64,000 bases of DNA from Heterodontus francisci. Lineage: Eukaryota. A model generated the notes under the pieces. It saw nothing but the letters and a program-made list of their open reading frames with translations, was not told where the DNA came from and ran no database searches. The DNA is taken from NCBI RefSeq assembly GCF_036365525.1, contig NC_090378.1:123923593-123987592 (forward strand). The letters are read 5' to 3'. The position numbers and the translations under genes are program-made. Shown in pieces: positions 41,582 to 52,537 of this stretch. Every line of letters begins with the position of its first letter. Positions within the stretch are counted from its first letter, which is position 1.

Positions 41582-43089
41582 GTAAGTAAACCTCAATCCT
41601 CCGTTACTAATCCTTTAAATACTGAAACTTTCGAAAACACAAATGCTGAATAGTGGAAGGTGTTAGTAAGGAACTGCAGTCAATGAAATGGTTCATTGAA
41701 GAGCACTGTGTATAACAGGGTGCCCAGCTGTATTTCTTTAGTTACATTCCCCCTTTAACCAGCAAGATATAAGTAACCAACTTTTACCGAGTGTGTAGAG
41801 GAGATCTGGACGTTTGCAGACTGTGGTCACATTCCTGCTCCATGGAGTGAAATCCCTCACTAGACTCCTGCCAGTCTCAGTGTGAGCTCTGGGTCTCTGT
41901 CACAGTCTCTGATATAACTGATCTCAGCACCAGCACAGTGAGACACCGAGGTCCCACCTCCCCCAGCTTTAACTCTGCTCTGTCCACTCCCTGCTTATCT
42001 CTTGTCAAAGTTCTGATGACAAACAGTGACAGCAGGGCTCCCAATCCAGTGGCTTCAGTGTTCCAGGGTTTTGGGGAAACTCTCAGTTGCTTTGTCTTTG
42101 GGTCGAGTTCATGTTGATTGTTCTGACCAGGTGATGAAAGTCTCTAGGGGTCTTTCACAGCCTTCACCTGGTCTTACTGTAACAAGATTTAATTTGAAAC
42201 ACACTGTGTTTTGAGCTCCTTCCAGGTGAATCCTTGTTCACCGCTTTCCAATTGTGAGGCAAAGAAATGAGCACAAACAGGTTTTCTTAGGTTTAAAGAA
42301 GAAAGGTAAAATTTATTAAAACTTAAACTAAAACTCTAATTCAGTTAATGCGTACGGATACACGCCATGCCCCATGCTAGCATGCATATGCGATACACAC
42401 ATGCAAATAGAGACAGAAAAGAGCAGAAGAAAAATAAAGTGCAGAGGTTTGAGGCAATCTCTGAAGAGAGTTTTTGTTACTGTGCTTCGAGCTCACTGTA
42501 GTCCTTGCTTGTCGGTAGATGTTGCTTTTCATTGGGGCCCAGTATTCTTCTTAAACCTTGTTCACTGTGGGAGACTTTTCCCTCTTGCGGTTCATATGTC
42601 TTCAATGATTTCTGAAGCTGGTGAGAGAGATGAAAGCCGACGGGAGAGAGACAGTGGCAAGCCAGCCATGAAAAGTCTTTTCAGTCCAGGAGCAAACAGC
42701 TTTCTGAGTTCAAATTCTCTGTGGCAAGTTCAAATTCAAAAAACTACAACAGCCAGTTAGTCATGTGACGAAACTGGTCTGGCCATGTCCGATGGTGTAG
42801 TCGGCCATCTGAGCAGTCAAGTTGGAATGGGAGCTCCTCCATCCTCAATGTCTGGTAATCAAAAGTCCATTGTGGATTGAATTTGTCAGGAAATGGTCTT
42901 TTGTCCCTTCCAAGTACTGTCTGTTATTATGCCAATGTCTTTCCAGTCAAGGGCCTGGTGTTTTTTTTTAAAAACAAGTTCTTTCTTTACTCCAGCAACA
43001 GATTAAAAAGCAGTGTTCATATGGCGAAATTAATGTGCCTCATTCTTGGCAGGTGGGGGCCTGCATGACACTGATATTTATCTCTGAAC

Positions 43090-43280
43090 CGACGTCACTG
43101 AAAATGTTCATTTACCTCATTGCTGTTTGTGGGATCTTGCTGTGCACAAATTGTCTGCCACATTTCCTACATTCCAACAGTGACTGCTCTTTAAACAAGT
43201 CCTTCATTGTCTGTAAATGACTTTGGGAGGTCCTGAGGTGTGAAATACTCAATATAAATACAAGTCTTTCTTTTCTTTTT
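43090..43280 (+). mobile_element. 3' fragment of a Deu-type SINE
   Basis: Shares gggatcttgctgtgcaca and ctttggga..tcctgaggt..caagtctttcttt with the longer copy at 43680-44071. Confidence 0.65.
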
Positions 43281-43679
43281 ATTAACTGGGAGCTCCCACA
43301 ATACCCTGTTGATTAAAGCTGAACCCAGCAGAAAATCCACAGAAAACTGACTAATGTTTGTCTGATTTGTCTGTGTGTTTATTAGACATGACTGAGCAGA
43401 TAGCAAGAGTTTCAGCAGCAACAAAGGTGTTACTCTAGTGCCCCTCCCACTTTCCCCATCGACTTACAAAATACTTACGGGGAAAGGGCTCAGCACCTGC
43501 CATCGACTGGTTAAATGTCACCCCTCTAGACTACAGGTCTCCCACAATCTGCTCTCCATCTCTCTCCTGAAGGCACTATCTCTGGCTGGGGCACAGCTCC
43601 ACCCTCCCCAAGTGGCCTCATTCCTCCAAGTGTGAGCCGGGAGGTTGAGAATGGCAGACTATTCGACTGTGAGGTTTTA

Positions 43680-44071
43680 GTGTTGCCTCAGTGGGTAGCA
43701 CTCTCACCTCTGAGTCAGAATGTCGTGGCTTCAGGTCCCACTCCAGAGGCTGGAGCACATAATCCAGGCTGACACTGCAGTGCAGTATTGAGGGAGTGCT
43801 GCACTGTCAGAGGTGCTGTCTTTCAGATGAGACAAACTGACGTCTGCCCTCTCAGGTGAATGTAAAGGATCCCACTGCACTATTAGAAGAGCAGGGGAGT
43901 TCTCCTCGGTGTTCTGGACAATGTTTATCACTCAACCAACGGCACTGAAAATCAGATTATCTGCTCATTATCACTCAGCTGTCTGGGATCTTGCTGTGCA
44001 CAATTGGCCGTAAAACACTTTGGGACATCCTGAGGTAGTGACAGGCACTATAGAAATGCAAGTCTTTCTTT
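43680..44071 (+). mobile_element. tRNA-derived SINE, Deu-domain type (SacSINE1/AmnSINE-like)
   Basis: A-box-like TGCCTCAGTGG and B-box-like GCTTCAGGTCC head; central cagtgcagtattgagggagtgctgcactgtcagaggtgctgtctttcagatgagac..gaagagcaggggagttctcc; L2-like tail ending caagtctttcttt. Family assignment is from memory. Confidence 0.7.
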
Positions 44072-44509
44072 GAGTTTGGAGGCTCCTGATCCTGACCCTC
44101 GCGCACACTCTCACCTTCCAGGCATCATGGGATCATTTGGAGCAGTGACCCTGCCTGACCCCAGTACACTGAGACTGATTATAACCTCACCCTTGACCTC
44201 ACCCCAGTGTTGGACAAGAAGGTTTTAAATGAAATCTAAAACCTTCTACACCGACACCCAACATGAATCCTTTCTGACATGTGTTGATACAAGTCTGCTC
44301 CAGTGTTCTCGGAGAAAGTTCTCCGGATGTGTGTGTGATCTGAGATTTGTTAACACTGAGCCTGTTTCCTCCGGATAGACTGATCTACAGTTCGAGCTTC
44401 CTGTCAGGTTAACAGTGTCTTAAAGGGACACTGAGTCTTTAAACACTCTTACTATTAACCATTTCAGTGCTGAATTGGTGAGAACCCTTCATTATAAAAG
44501 TTTAAACAG

Positions 44510-47500
44510 AGAAACATAGAAAGATTTACAGTGCAGATGAGGCCATTCGGCCCATGGTTTCCATGCCAGCTGAAAATGAGTTAACAAACCTAATCCCACT
44601 TTCCAGCTCTTATTCCCATATCCCTGTAGGTTTCAGCACCTCAAGTGCATATCCAAGTGTTTTTTCAATGTGATGAGAGTTTCTGCCTCTACCAACCTTT
44701 CAGGCAGTGAGTTCCAGACCCCCAACACCCTCTGGCTGAAAAAATTACTCCTCAACTCACGTCTCATCCTTCCACCAATTAATTTAAATCTATGCTGCCT
44801 GGTTATTGACCTCTCTGCTGAGGGAAATAGGTCCTTCCTATCCACTCTATCTGGGCCCCTCATAATTTTATACACCTCAATTAAATCTCCCCTCAGCCTC
44901 CTCTGTTCCAGAGATAACAATCCCAGCCGATCCTGTCTTTCCTCATAGGTAAAATTCTCCATTCCTGGGAACATCCTCGTAAATCTCCTCTGTACCCCCT
45001 CTTGTTTGATCACATCCTTCCTGTAATGTGGTGACCAGAACTGTACACAGTTTTCTAGCTGTGGTCTAACTAGTGTCTTCTACAGTTCTGGCATAACCTC
45101 CTTACCCTTATACTCCAGGCCTCAGCGAATAAGGGCAAGCATCCCAGAAGCCTTCTTAATCACCTTATCTAGCTGTCCTGCTACCTTCAGGGATCTGTGG
45201 ACATGAACTCCAAGGTCCCTCAGTTCCTCTACACTTCTCAGTATCATCCCATTTATTGGATATTCCTTTGCCTCGTTTGTCCTCCCCAAATGCATTACCT
45301 CACATTTCTCTGGACTGAATTCCATTTGCTATTTTTCTGCCCACCTGACCAGTCCATTGATATCTTCCTGCAGTCTACAGCCTTGTTCCTCATTATCAAC
45401 CGCAAGGCCTATTTTTGTATCATCTACAAACTTCTTAATACCCCTTCCATTTAAATCTAAATCATTGAAAGATACTATAATCAGCAGTGGACCCAGTACT
45501 GAGCCCTGCAGAACCCCACTGAAAACAGCTTTCCACTCACAAAAACACCCGTTGACAATAAAACTTTGCTTCCTGTCACTGACTCAATTTTTGATCCAAT
45601 TTCCCACTTTTCCTTGGATCCCATGGGCTTTTAATTTTCTGACCAGTCTGCCATGTGGGATCTTATCAAAGGCCTTGCTAAAATCCATGTAGACTCTTTC
45701 AAACACGACGCCCACTTTGACACTCCTTGTAACCTCCTCATGAAATGTAATCGTTAGTCAGACACAAACTTCCCTTAACAAATCCATGCTGACTGTCCTG
45801 AATTAATCCCGTGTTTCTCTAAATGATGGTTTTTACTGTCTCTCAGAACTTTTTCCAATAATTCTCCCACTGCCGAGGTTATGCTGACTGATCTGTAATT
45901 ACTTGGTCCATCCATTCTTTCCTTTTTAAACAACAGTACAACATTAGCAGTCCTCCAGTCCTCAGGCACCATGCCTTTAACCAGAGAGGATTGGAAAATG
46001 AGGATCAGAGCCTCCGCTATTTCTTCCATTGCTTCCTTTGCAGCCTGGGATACATTTCACCTGGGCCTGGTGATTTATCCATTTTCAAGGATGTGAAACA
46101 CCTTAATATTTCCTCCCTCACTCAGTTTATCCCATCCAAGATTTCACACTCCTCCTCCTTAACTACAATGTCTGCTTTGTCACTCTCTGTGAAAAAAGGC
46201 ACAAAGTATTCATTCAGAAACATGTCCACATCCTCCACCTCCACACACAGGTTAGGTTTTTGGACTCCAATTTACCCCGCTCTTTTCTTAGTGATTCTCC
46301 GGCTCTTTATGTATTTATTAAACATCTTTGGGTTTTCCTTGATTTTACTAGCTCATATTTTTTCATGTCCTCTCTTTGTTTCCCTAATTTCCTTTTCAAT
46401 TTCACCCCTGAACTCTCTACACTTCTCCAGGTTTTCTGCAGTATCAAGATCTCAGTATCCGATATAAGTTTCCCTTTTGTACCTTATCCTACTGTGTATG
46501 CTCTTTGCCATCTGCGGTAAATGGAGATTTGGGAGTCTCACCCTTTTTCTTTGTGGGAACATGTTTGTTCTGAGCCCTCACTATCTCCTCCTTGAATGCC
46601 TCCCACTGCTCTGACACTGATTTACCTTCAAGTAGCTGTTTCCAGTCTAATTCTGACAAATCACATCTCAGCTTAGTAAAATTGGCCTTTCCCCAGTTTA
46701 AAACTTTTACTCTTGGTCCATCTTTATCCTTTTCTATAACTGCTCTAAATCTAACTGAATTATAATCACTGCCACTAAAACACTCTCACATTGATCCCCT
46801 TCCACCTGCCCAGATTCATTCCTGAAAACTAAGTCCAGAACTGTATCTTCTCTTGTTGGTCTTTCTACTGATGAGAAAAGTTCTCCCGAATGTATTTTAG
46901 GAATTCTGCACCCTCTGTACCTTTTATACTGAATTTATCCCAGTTAATATTTGGAAAGTTGAAATCCCCTCCTATTACTGGCCTGTTGTTTCTGCACTTT
47001 TCAGTAATTTGCCGACACATTTGCTCTTCTCTCTCCCTCTGACTGTTTGAGGGTCTATAGCAGGAGTCTGGAACCTGCGGCTCCGGAGCCACATGTGACT
47101 CTTTAACAGCTCATTTACAGCTGCCAACCTTTTCCAGTTGGATCACATTAACATGAAAAAGGCCGAAAAAATTCAGTCAAGGAAAGTAAACTGTGTTTTT
47201 ATTGTGGGGATAAAAGGCTAATCATTATGTTGTACTTTATAGTTTCAAATGATTATTTGAATGAAAAGCATCATCATTGTCTAAATGAACTTGTTTGAGT
47301 GGTACAGCTTCCATTGGAGGAACAGTTTTTATGTTTGTGACCATTATTGTTTCTAATATCACTGAGATGATAAATTATTCTGCTATTAGAAACTTCTTTT
47401 TTATTACGAGAATCAATAGCTGAAAAAATTGTCTTAATTCTGCACGTCTGAATTTAAATTTTTTTTTAAAATTTTGACTTTACTGACAAAATTATACAAA

Positions 47501-48000
47501 AACAAGTCAAAAAAATGCAATAATTCAGAGTGAAACCTATTCTGATTTTGACTTTTTTTCTATTGATACATAAATTCAATACATGTATTTTATTTATTAT
47601 ATATACAAAGTGTGCATTCTACCAGAGACACTTGGCAATTTAGAAGGTATTTGGTTTAGAAATGCTGAATTTTGGTCTTGACACTGCCAGTAGTTTTTAT
47701 TTTAGGTAATATTTTTGAAAACAGTCTCTTCAGGTAATAAAGGTTACCGACCCCTGGTCTATATATAGTGCAGCAATGTGATTGCCCCTTTTTTGTTCCT
47801 ACGTTCATTCAGATGTCCTCATTCGATGATCCTGCTTGAATATCATCCCTCCTCACAGCTGCGATTTTTTCTTTTGACTAATATTGTGAAACCCTTCTCC
47901 TTTTTTCTCTCCCTCTCTATCCCGTTGGGAAACTCAGTATCAGGAATATTGAGCTGCCATTCCTGCCCTTCTTTCAGACTCATTTCAGTAATAACTGTCA
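44510..48000 (-). mobile_element. Degraded CR1 LINE ORF2 (endonuclease to 3' end) in the J-C intron, interrupted by a MITE
   Basis: Ordered minus-strand motifs: ITEMSLKEGQEWQLNIP, CYRPSN..GGDFNFPNINW (EN), VPEDWRTANV..PSNYRSVSITS, MEFSPEKCEVMHLG, VQRRFTRMFPG..RGDLIEVYKI..VWNSLP. Confidence 0.9.
47061..47756. mobile_element. Non-autonomous hAT (Charlie-like) DNA transposon, 696 bp
   Basis: TIRs CAGGAGTCTGGAACCT and reverse complement CAGGGGTCGGTAACCT (13/16); 8-bp TSD GTCTATAG (47053-60) / GTCTATAT (47757-64); AT-rich interior. Confidence 0.85.
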
Positions 48001-48850
48001 TCAAGGCAGCATTTGAGTCTGGAATCAAGGAGCCCGAGCAAAACTAGAGTCAGTGTGAATCAGGGGGAAATCTCTCGACTGTTTGGAGTCATACCTAGCA
48101 CAAAGGAAGATAGCTGTGGTTGTTGGAGGTCAATCATCTCAGCTCCAGGACGTCACTGCAGGAGTTCCTCAGCATAGTGTCCTAGGCCCAACCATCTTCA
48201 GTTGCTTCATCAATGACCTTCCCTCCACCATAAGGTCAGAAGAGCGGATGTTCGCTGATGATTGCACAACCTTCAGCACCATTCGCGAATCCACAGAAAC
48301 GGAAACAGACTATCTAGAAATGCAGCAAAACCTGGACACTGTCCACGCTTGGGCTGATAAGTAACAAGTAACATTCGCGTCACACAAGTGAAAGGCAATG
48401 ACTATCTCAAATAAGAAAGAATCTAACCATCTCCCCTTGACATTCAATGGCATTACGATCGCTGAATCCCCCACTATCAACATCCTGAGGGTTACCATTG
48501 ACCAGAACCTGAACTGCAGTAGCCCTGTAAATACTGTGGCTACAAGAGCAGGTCAAAGGCTGGCCACCTAGGAGGAAAGGCCAGCAGTTGCATGGGAACA
48601 CCACCACCTGCAAGTTCTCCTCCAAGCCACACACCATCCTGACTTGGAACTATATCGCCGTTCCTTCACTGTCACTGGGTCAAAATCCTGGAACTCCCTG
48701 CCTAACAGCACTGTGGGTGTACCTACCCCACATGGACTGCAGCAGTTCAAGAAGGCAGCTCACCACCACCTTCTCAAGGGCTATTAGTGATGGGCAATAA
48801 ATGCTGGCCTGGCCAGCGACGCCCACATCCCATGAATGAATAAAAAAAAC
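48000..48850 (+). mobile_element. 5'-truncated CR1/L2-group LINE (RT core to 3' tail)
   Basis: ESYLAQRK..GVPQHSVLGPTIFSCFINDLP..MFADDCT RT motifs; ends catgaatgaataaaaaaaa. Confidence 0.88.
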
Positions 48851-49039
48851 TACCATATCATACTTCCAAGAGCAGTCGAACACAATTTAACCAGTTGAAC
48901 ATCAAACCATCCACTGTCTTTGTATTTTAGACTAAACCTAGCAAGCGAGGCAAATTAAGAAGTGATGGTGCTCATTTCTAACGATTCAACACCAGCTGCA
49001 GTTCATTAACTCAGCTGTCTGTTATCTGATGTGACAATT

Positions 49040-49335
49040 CCAAACACAGAAACACCCACAGAAACATACACATAAATATACACATAGAACACACAAATAT
49101 ACACAGAGAATACACAAATGTACAGACAGAACACACAAATAAATACATGAAACACACAAATATATACAGAGGACACACAAATATACCGACAAAAGACACA
49201 AATATATACATAAAACACACAAATATATACAGAGGACACACAAATAGACCGACAAAAGACACAAATATATACATAAAACACACAAATATATACAGAGAGC
49301 AAAAAATATACAAATAGAACACAGAAATACACAAA
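49040..49335. repeat. A/C-rich ~20-22-bp degenerate tandem repeat before the C splice acceptor
   Basis: ACACACAAATATATACAGAGG-like units. Confidence 0.85.
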
Positions 49336-49371
49336 CATGCAGTGATTAACAGTTTTTCTCTTCTCTTTCAG

Positions 49372-49700
49372 GCCGAGAGAAGTCTCAACCCACACTGACC
49401 CTGATGCCCCCCTCGCCGGAGGAGGTCAAGGCCAAGGGCACTGCCACCCTGGTGTGCCTTGCCGATCACTTCTATCCCGATGAAGTGGGGGTGGAGTGGA
49501 AGAAGGACGGTGCAGCCATTTCGGCCGGAGTTCAGACCAGCAATTACCTGCGAGCTTCGGACAGCACCTACAGTGTCAGCAGCCTGCTGACCCTCTCTGG
49601 CTCTGACTGGGAGTCCAACGCCCGCTTCTCCTGTGCCCTCACCCACGAGACCCTGTCCTCTCCCCTCAGTAAGAGTGTGAGCAGATCAGAATGTGTGTAG
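49372..49700 (+). CDS. IGKC: Ig kappa-type light chain constant exon
   Basis: Acceptor tttttctcttctctttcAG at 49371. (S)REKSQPTLTLMPPSPEEVKAKGTATLVCLADHFYPDEVGVEWKKDG..DSTYSVSSLLTLSGSDWESNARFSCALTHETLSSPLSKSVSRSECV-stop has C1-set motifs (CL..HFYP, W, FSC..TH) and a penultimate interchain Cys. Confidence 0.98.
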
Positions 49701-49857
49701 AATGTTAGAGACAGTCCGCAGAGGAGACACAACTTTAAATATAACAGGGGTGAGCTGGGAGGATAAAGGTCATTGTCAGCACGGAATTTCAACTCTCTTC
49801 CTTCTCGTGACTGGGTCTGAGACACCTCTGAGGATCAGGGGTTAAGGCACTAAATTG

Positions 49858-49936
49858 GGACAGTGTAGAGGGGGCTTTACTCTGTATCTAACCCGTACTG
49901 TACCTGCCCTGGGAGTGTTTGATTGGACAATGTAGA
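49858..49936 (+). repeat. ~1.3 copies of a dispersed elasmobranch ~63-bp repeat in the 3' UTR
   Basis: ggacagtgtagaggggggctttactctgtatctaacccgtactgtacctgccctgggagtgtttgattggacaatgtaga, in which the start motif recurs. Recognised from memory as a common shark repeat. Confidence 0.55.
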
Positions 49937-50129
49937 CTCGTGATGCCAAGTAAAACCTCTCTAAGATGCTGAAGACTGTCAGCTGAGCTAAAATAATATG
50001 AACCTCAGAAGTCACCGCTCAGTAAACCAGACCTCCTTCCTGCTCACCCTGCAGTTACAATTTAAAGTTTAGTCTCTGTTTAAAGCGACAGGATTCTCAT
50101 GTTATTGAGAAAATCTCCACAACTGTTTT

Positions 50130-50230
50130 AATAAACCTTCATTCTCCCTGTGAATTTCTCCAGCTTCCTCTCACTGAGCTGTTTATTCAAGTCTTTTTAC
50201 TGTAAATGTAAATCTGTAAAAGGTAATAAA
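50130..50230 (+). terminator. Candidate polyadenylation signals for the light-chain mRNA
   Basis: AATAAA at 50130-50135 and 50225-50230, 430-530 bp after the C stop. Confidence 0.6.
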
Positions 50231-50389
50231 CATTAAGAATATTCAGTAAATGTCTCGGGAGTACTTTGGAAATGTCCCACATTCCTGTCAGTTGATTGGC
50301 TGTATTTCAGCAAGTGATTCTAATGATTGGCTGGTTAAACTCTCAATCAATAGCACATTAGCATAAGATTTGATTACAAACAGAAATAC

Positions 50390-50905
50390 AAACATATGAA
50401 TTAGGAGCAGGAGTAGGCCACTCGGCCCCTCGAACCTGCTCCACCATTCAATAAGATCATGGCTGATCTGATTGTAATCTCAACACCACATTCCCTCCTA
50501 GCCATGATAACCTTTCACCCCCTTGCTTATCAAGAATCTATCTTCCTCTGCCTTAAAAATATTTATAGACTCTGCTTCCATTGCCTTTTGAGAAAGAGAG
50601 TTCCAAAGAGTCACGACCCTTGGAAATAAAAGAATTCTCAACTCTGTATTAAATGGGTGACACCTTATTTTTAAATAGTGACCCCAAGTTCTAGTTTCTT
50701 CAACAAGAAGAAACAACCTTTCCACATCCACCCTGTTAAAACCCCTCAGGAATCTTATATGTCTCCATCAAGTCACCTCTTACTCTTCTAAACTCCAGTG
50801 GATATAAACCTAACCTGTCCAACCTTTCCTCAGAGGAAAACCTGCACATTCCAAGTATTAGTCTAATAAACCTTCTCTGAACTGATTCCAACACATTTAC
50901 ATCCT
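50390..50905 (-). mobile_element. CR1 LINE 3' fragment
   Basis: LESVQRRFIRLILG..EERLDRLGLYPLEFRRVRGDLMETYKI and VVTLWNSL..FKAEEDRFL motifs plus CR1-type tail. Confidence 0.88.
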
Positions 50906-52107
50906 GTAGGTGTGTGTTTCGGAGTGTGTGTGGGTTACCCAATACTGTCTGTTCGGTGTGTGTGTCTGAGTGTGTGTGGGTTACCCTGTACTGTCTGTAG
51001 GTGTGTGTGTCTGCATGTGTGTGGGTTACCCTGTATTGTCTGGAGGTGTGTGTGTCTGAGTATGTGTGGGTTACCCAGTACTGTACGTCGGTGTGTGTGT
51101 CTGAGTGTGTGTGGGTTACACAGTACTGTCTGTAGGTGTGTGTGTCTGTGTGTGTGTGGGTTACCCTGTACTGGCTGTAGGTGTGTGTGTCTGCGTGTGT
51201 GTGGGTTACCCTGTACTGTCTGTAGGTGTGTGTGTCTGAGTGTGTGTGGGTTACCCTGTACTGTCTGTAGGTGTGTGTGTCTGAGTGTGTGTGGGTTACC
51301 CTGTATTGTCTGGAGGTGTGTGTGTCTGAGTGTGTGTGGGTTACCCAGGACTGTATGTCAGTGTGTGTGTCTGAGTGTGTGTGGGTTACCCAGTACTGTC
51401 TGTAGGTGTGTGTGTCTGAGTGTGTGTGGGTTACCCTGTAATGTCTGCAGGTGTGTGTATCTGAGTGTGTGTGGGTTACCCTGGACTGTCTGTAGATGTG
51501 TGTGTCTGAGTGTGTGTGGGTAACCCAGTACTGTCTGTAGGTGTGTGTGTCTGAGTGTGTGTGGGTTACCCTGTGCTGTCTGTAGGTGTGTGTGTCTGAG
51601 TGTGTGTGGGTTACCCTATACTGTCTGTAAGTGTGTGTGTCTGAGTGTGTGTGGGTTACCCTGTCCTGTCTGTAGGTGTGTGTGTCTAAGTGTGTGTGGG
51701 TTACCCTGTCCTGTCTGTAGGTGTGTGTCTCTGAGTGTGTGTGGGTTACCCAGTACTGTCTGTAGGTGTGTGTGTCTGAGTGTGTGTGGGTTACCCAGTA
51801 CTGTCTGTAGTTGTGTGTGTCTGAGTGTGTGTGGGTTACCCTGTCCTGTCTGTAGGTGTGTGTCTCTGAGTGTGTGTGGGTTACCCAGTACTGTCTGTAG
51901 GTGTGTGTGTCTGAGTGTGTGTGGGTTACCCTGTCCTGTCTGTAGGTGTGTGTCTCTGAGTGTGTGTGGGTTACCCAGTACTGTCTGTAGGTGTGTGTGT
52001 CTGAGTGTGTGTGGGTTACCCTGTCCTGTCTGTAGGTGTGTGTCTCTGAGTGTGTGTGGGTTACCCAGTACTGTCTGTAGGTGTGTGAGTCTGAGTGTGG
52101 GTGTGTT

Positions 52108-52537
52108 ATAGAATCATAGAGTTATACAGCACAGAACCAGGCCCTTCAGCCCATCGTGTCTTTGCCAACCATCAAGCACCTATCTATTCTAATCACATTT
52201 TCTGGCACTTGGCCCATAGCCTTGTATGCTATGGCATTTCAAGTGCTCATCTAAATACATCTTAAATGTTGTGAGGGTTCCTGCCTCTACCAAGTGTTCA
52301 GGCAGTGCATTCCAGATTCGCACCACCCTCTGGGTGAAAATTCTTTTCCTCTAAGCCTCCTGCCTCTTAGTTTCAATCTATGCACACTGGTTATTGACCC
52401 CTCCACTAAGGCAAAAGGTTTCTTCCTATCTATCCTATCAATGCACCTCATAATTTTATATACCTCAATCAGGTCCTCCATCAGCCTTCTCTGCTCTAAG
52501 GAAAACAACCCTAGCCTATCCAGTCTCTCTTCATAGC
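52108..52537 (-). mobile_element. CR1 3' fragment inside the satellite (copy 1)
   Basis: SYEERLDRLGLFSLEQRRLMEDLIEVYKIMR motif and CR1 tail. Confidence 0.88.

Noticed and set aside
40273-42570. Other perfect heptamers (CACAGTG 40273, 41449; CACTGTG 41704, 42202, 42563) as extra V/D/J signals
   Set aside because: No convincing nonamer where spacing was checked (40273, 41449, 41704) and no adjacent V/J-like coding motif; heptamers alone are frequent by chance.
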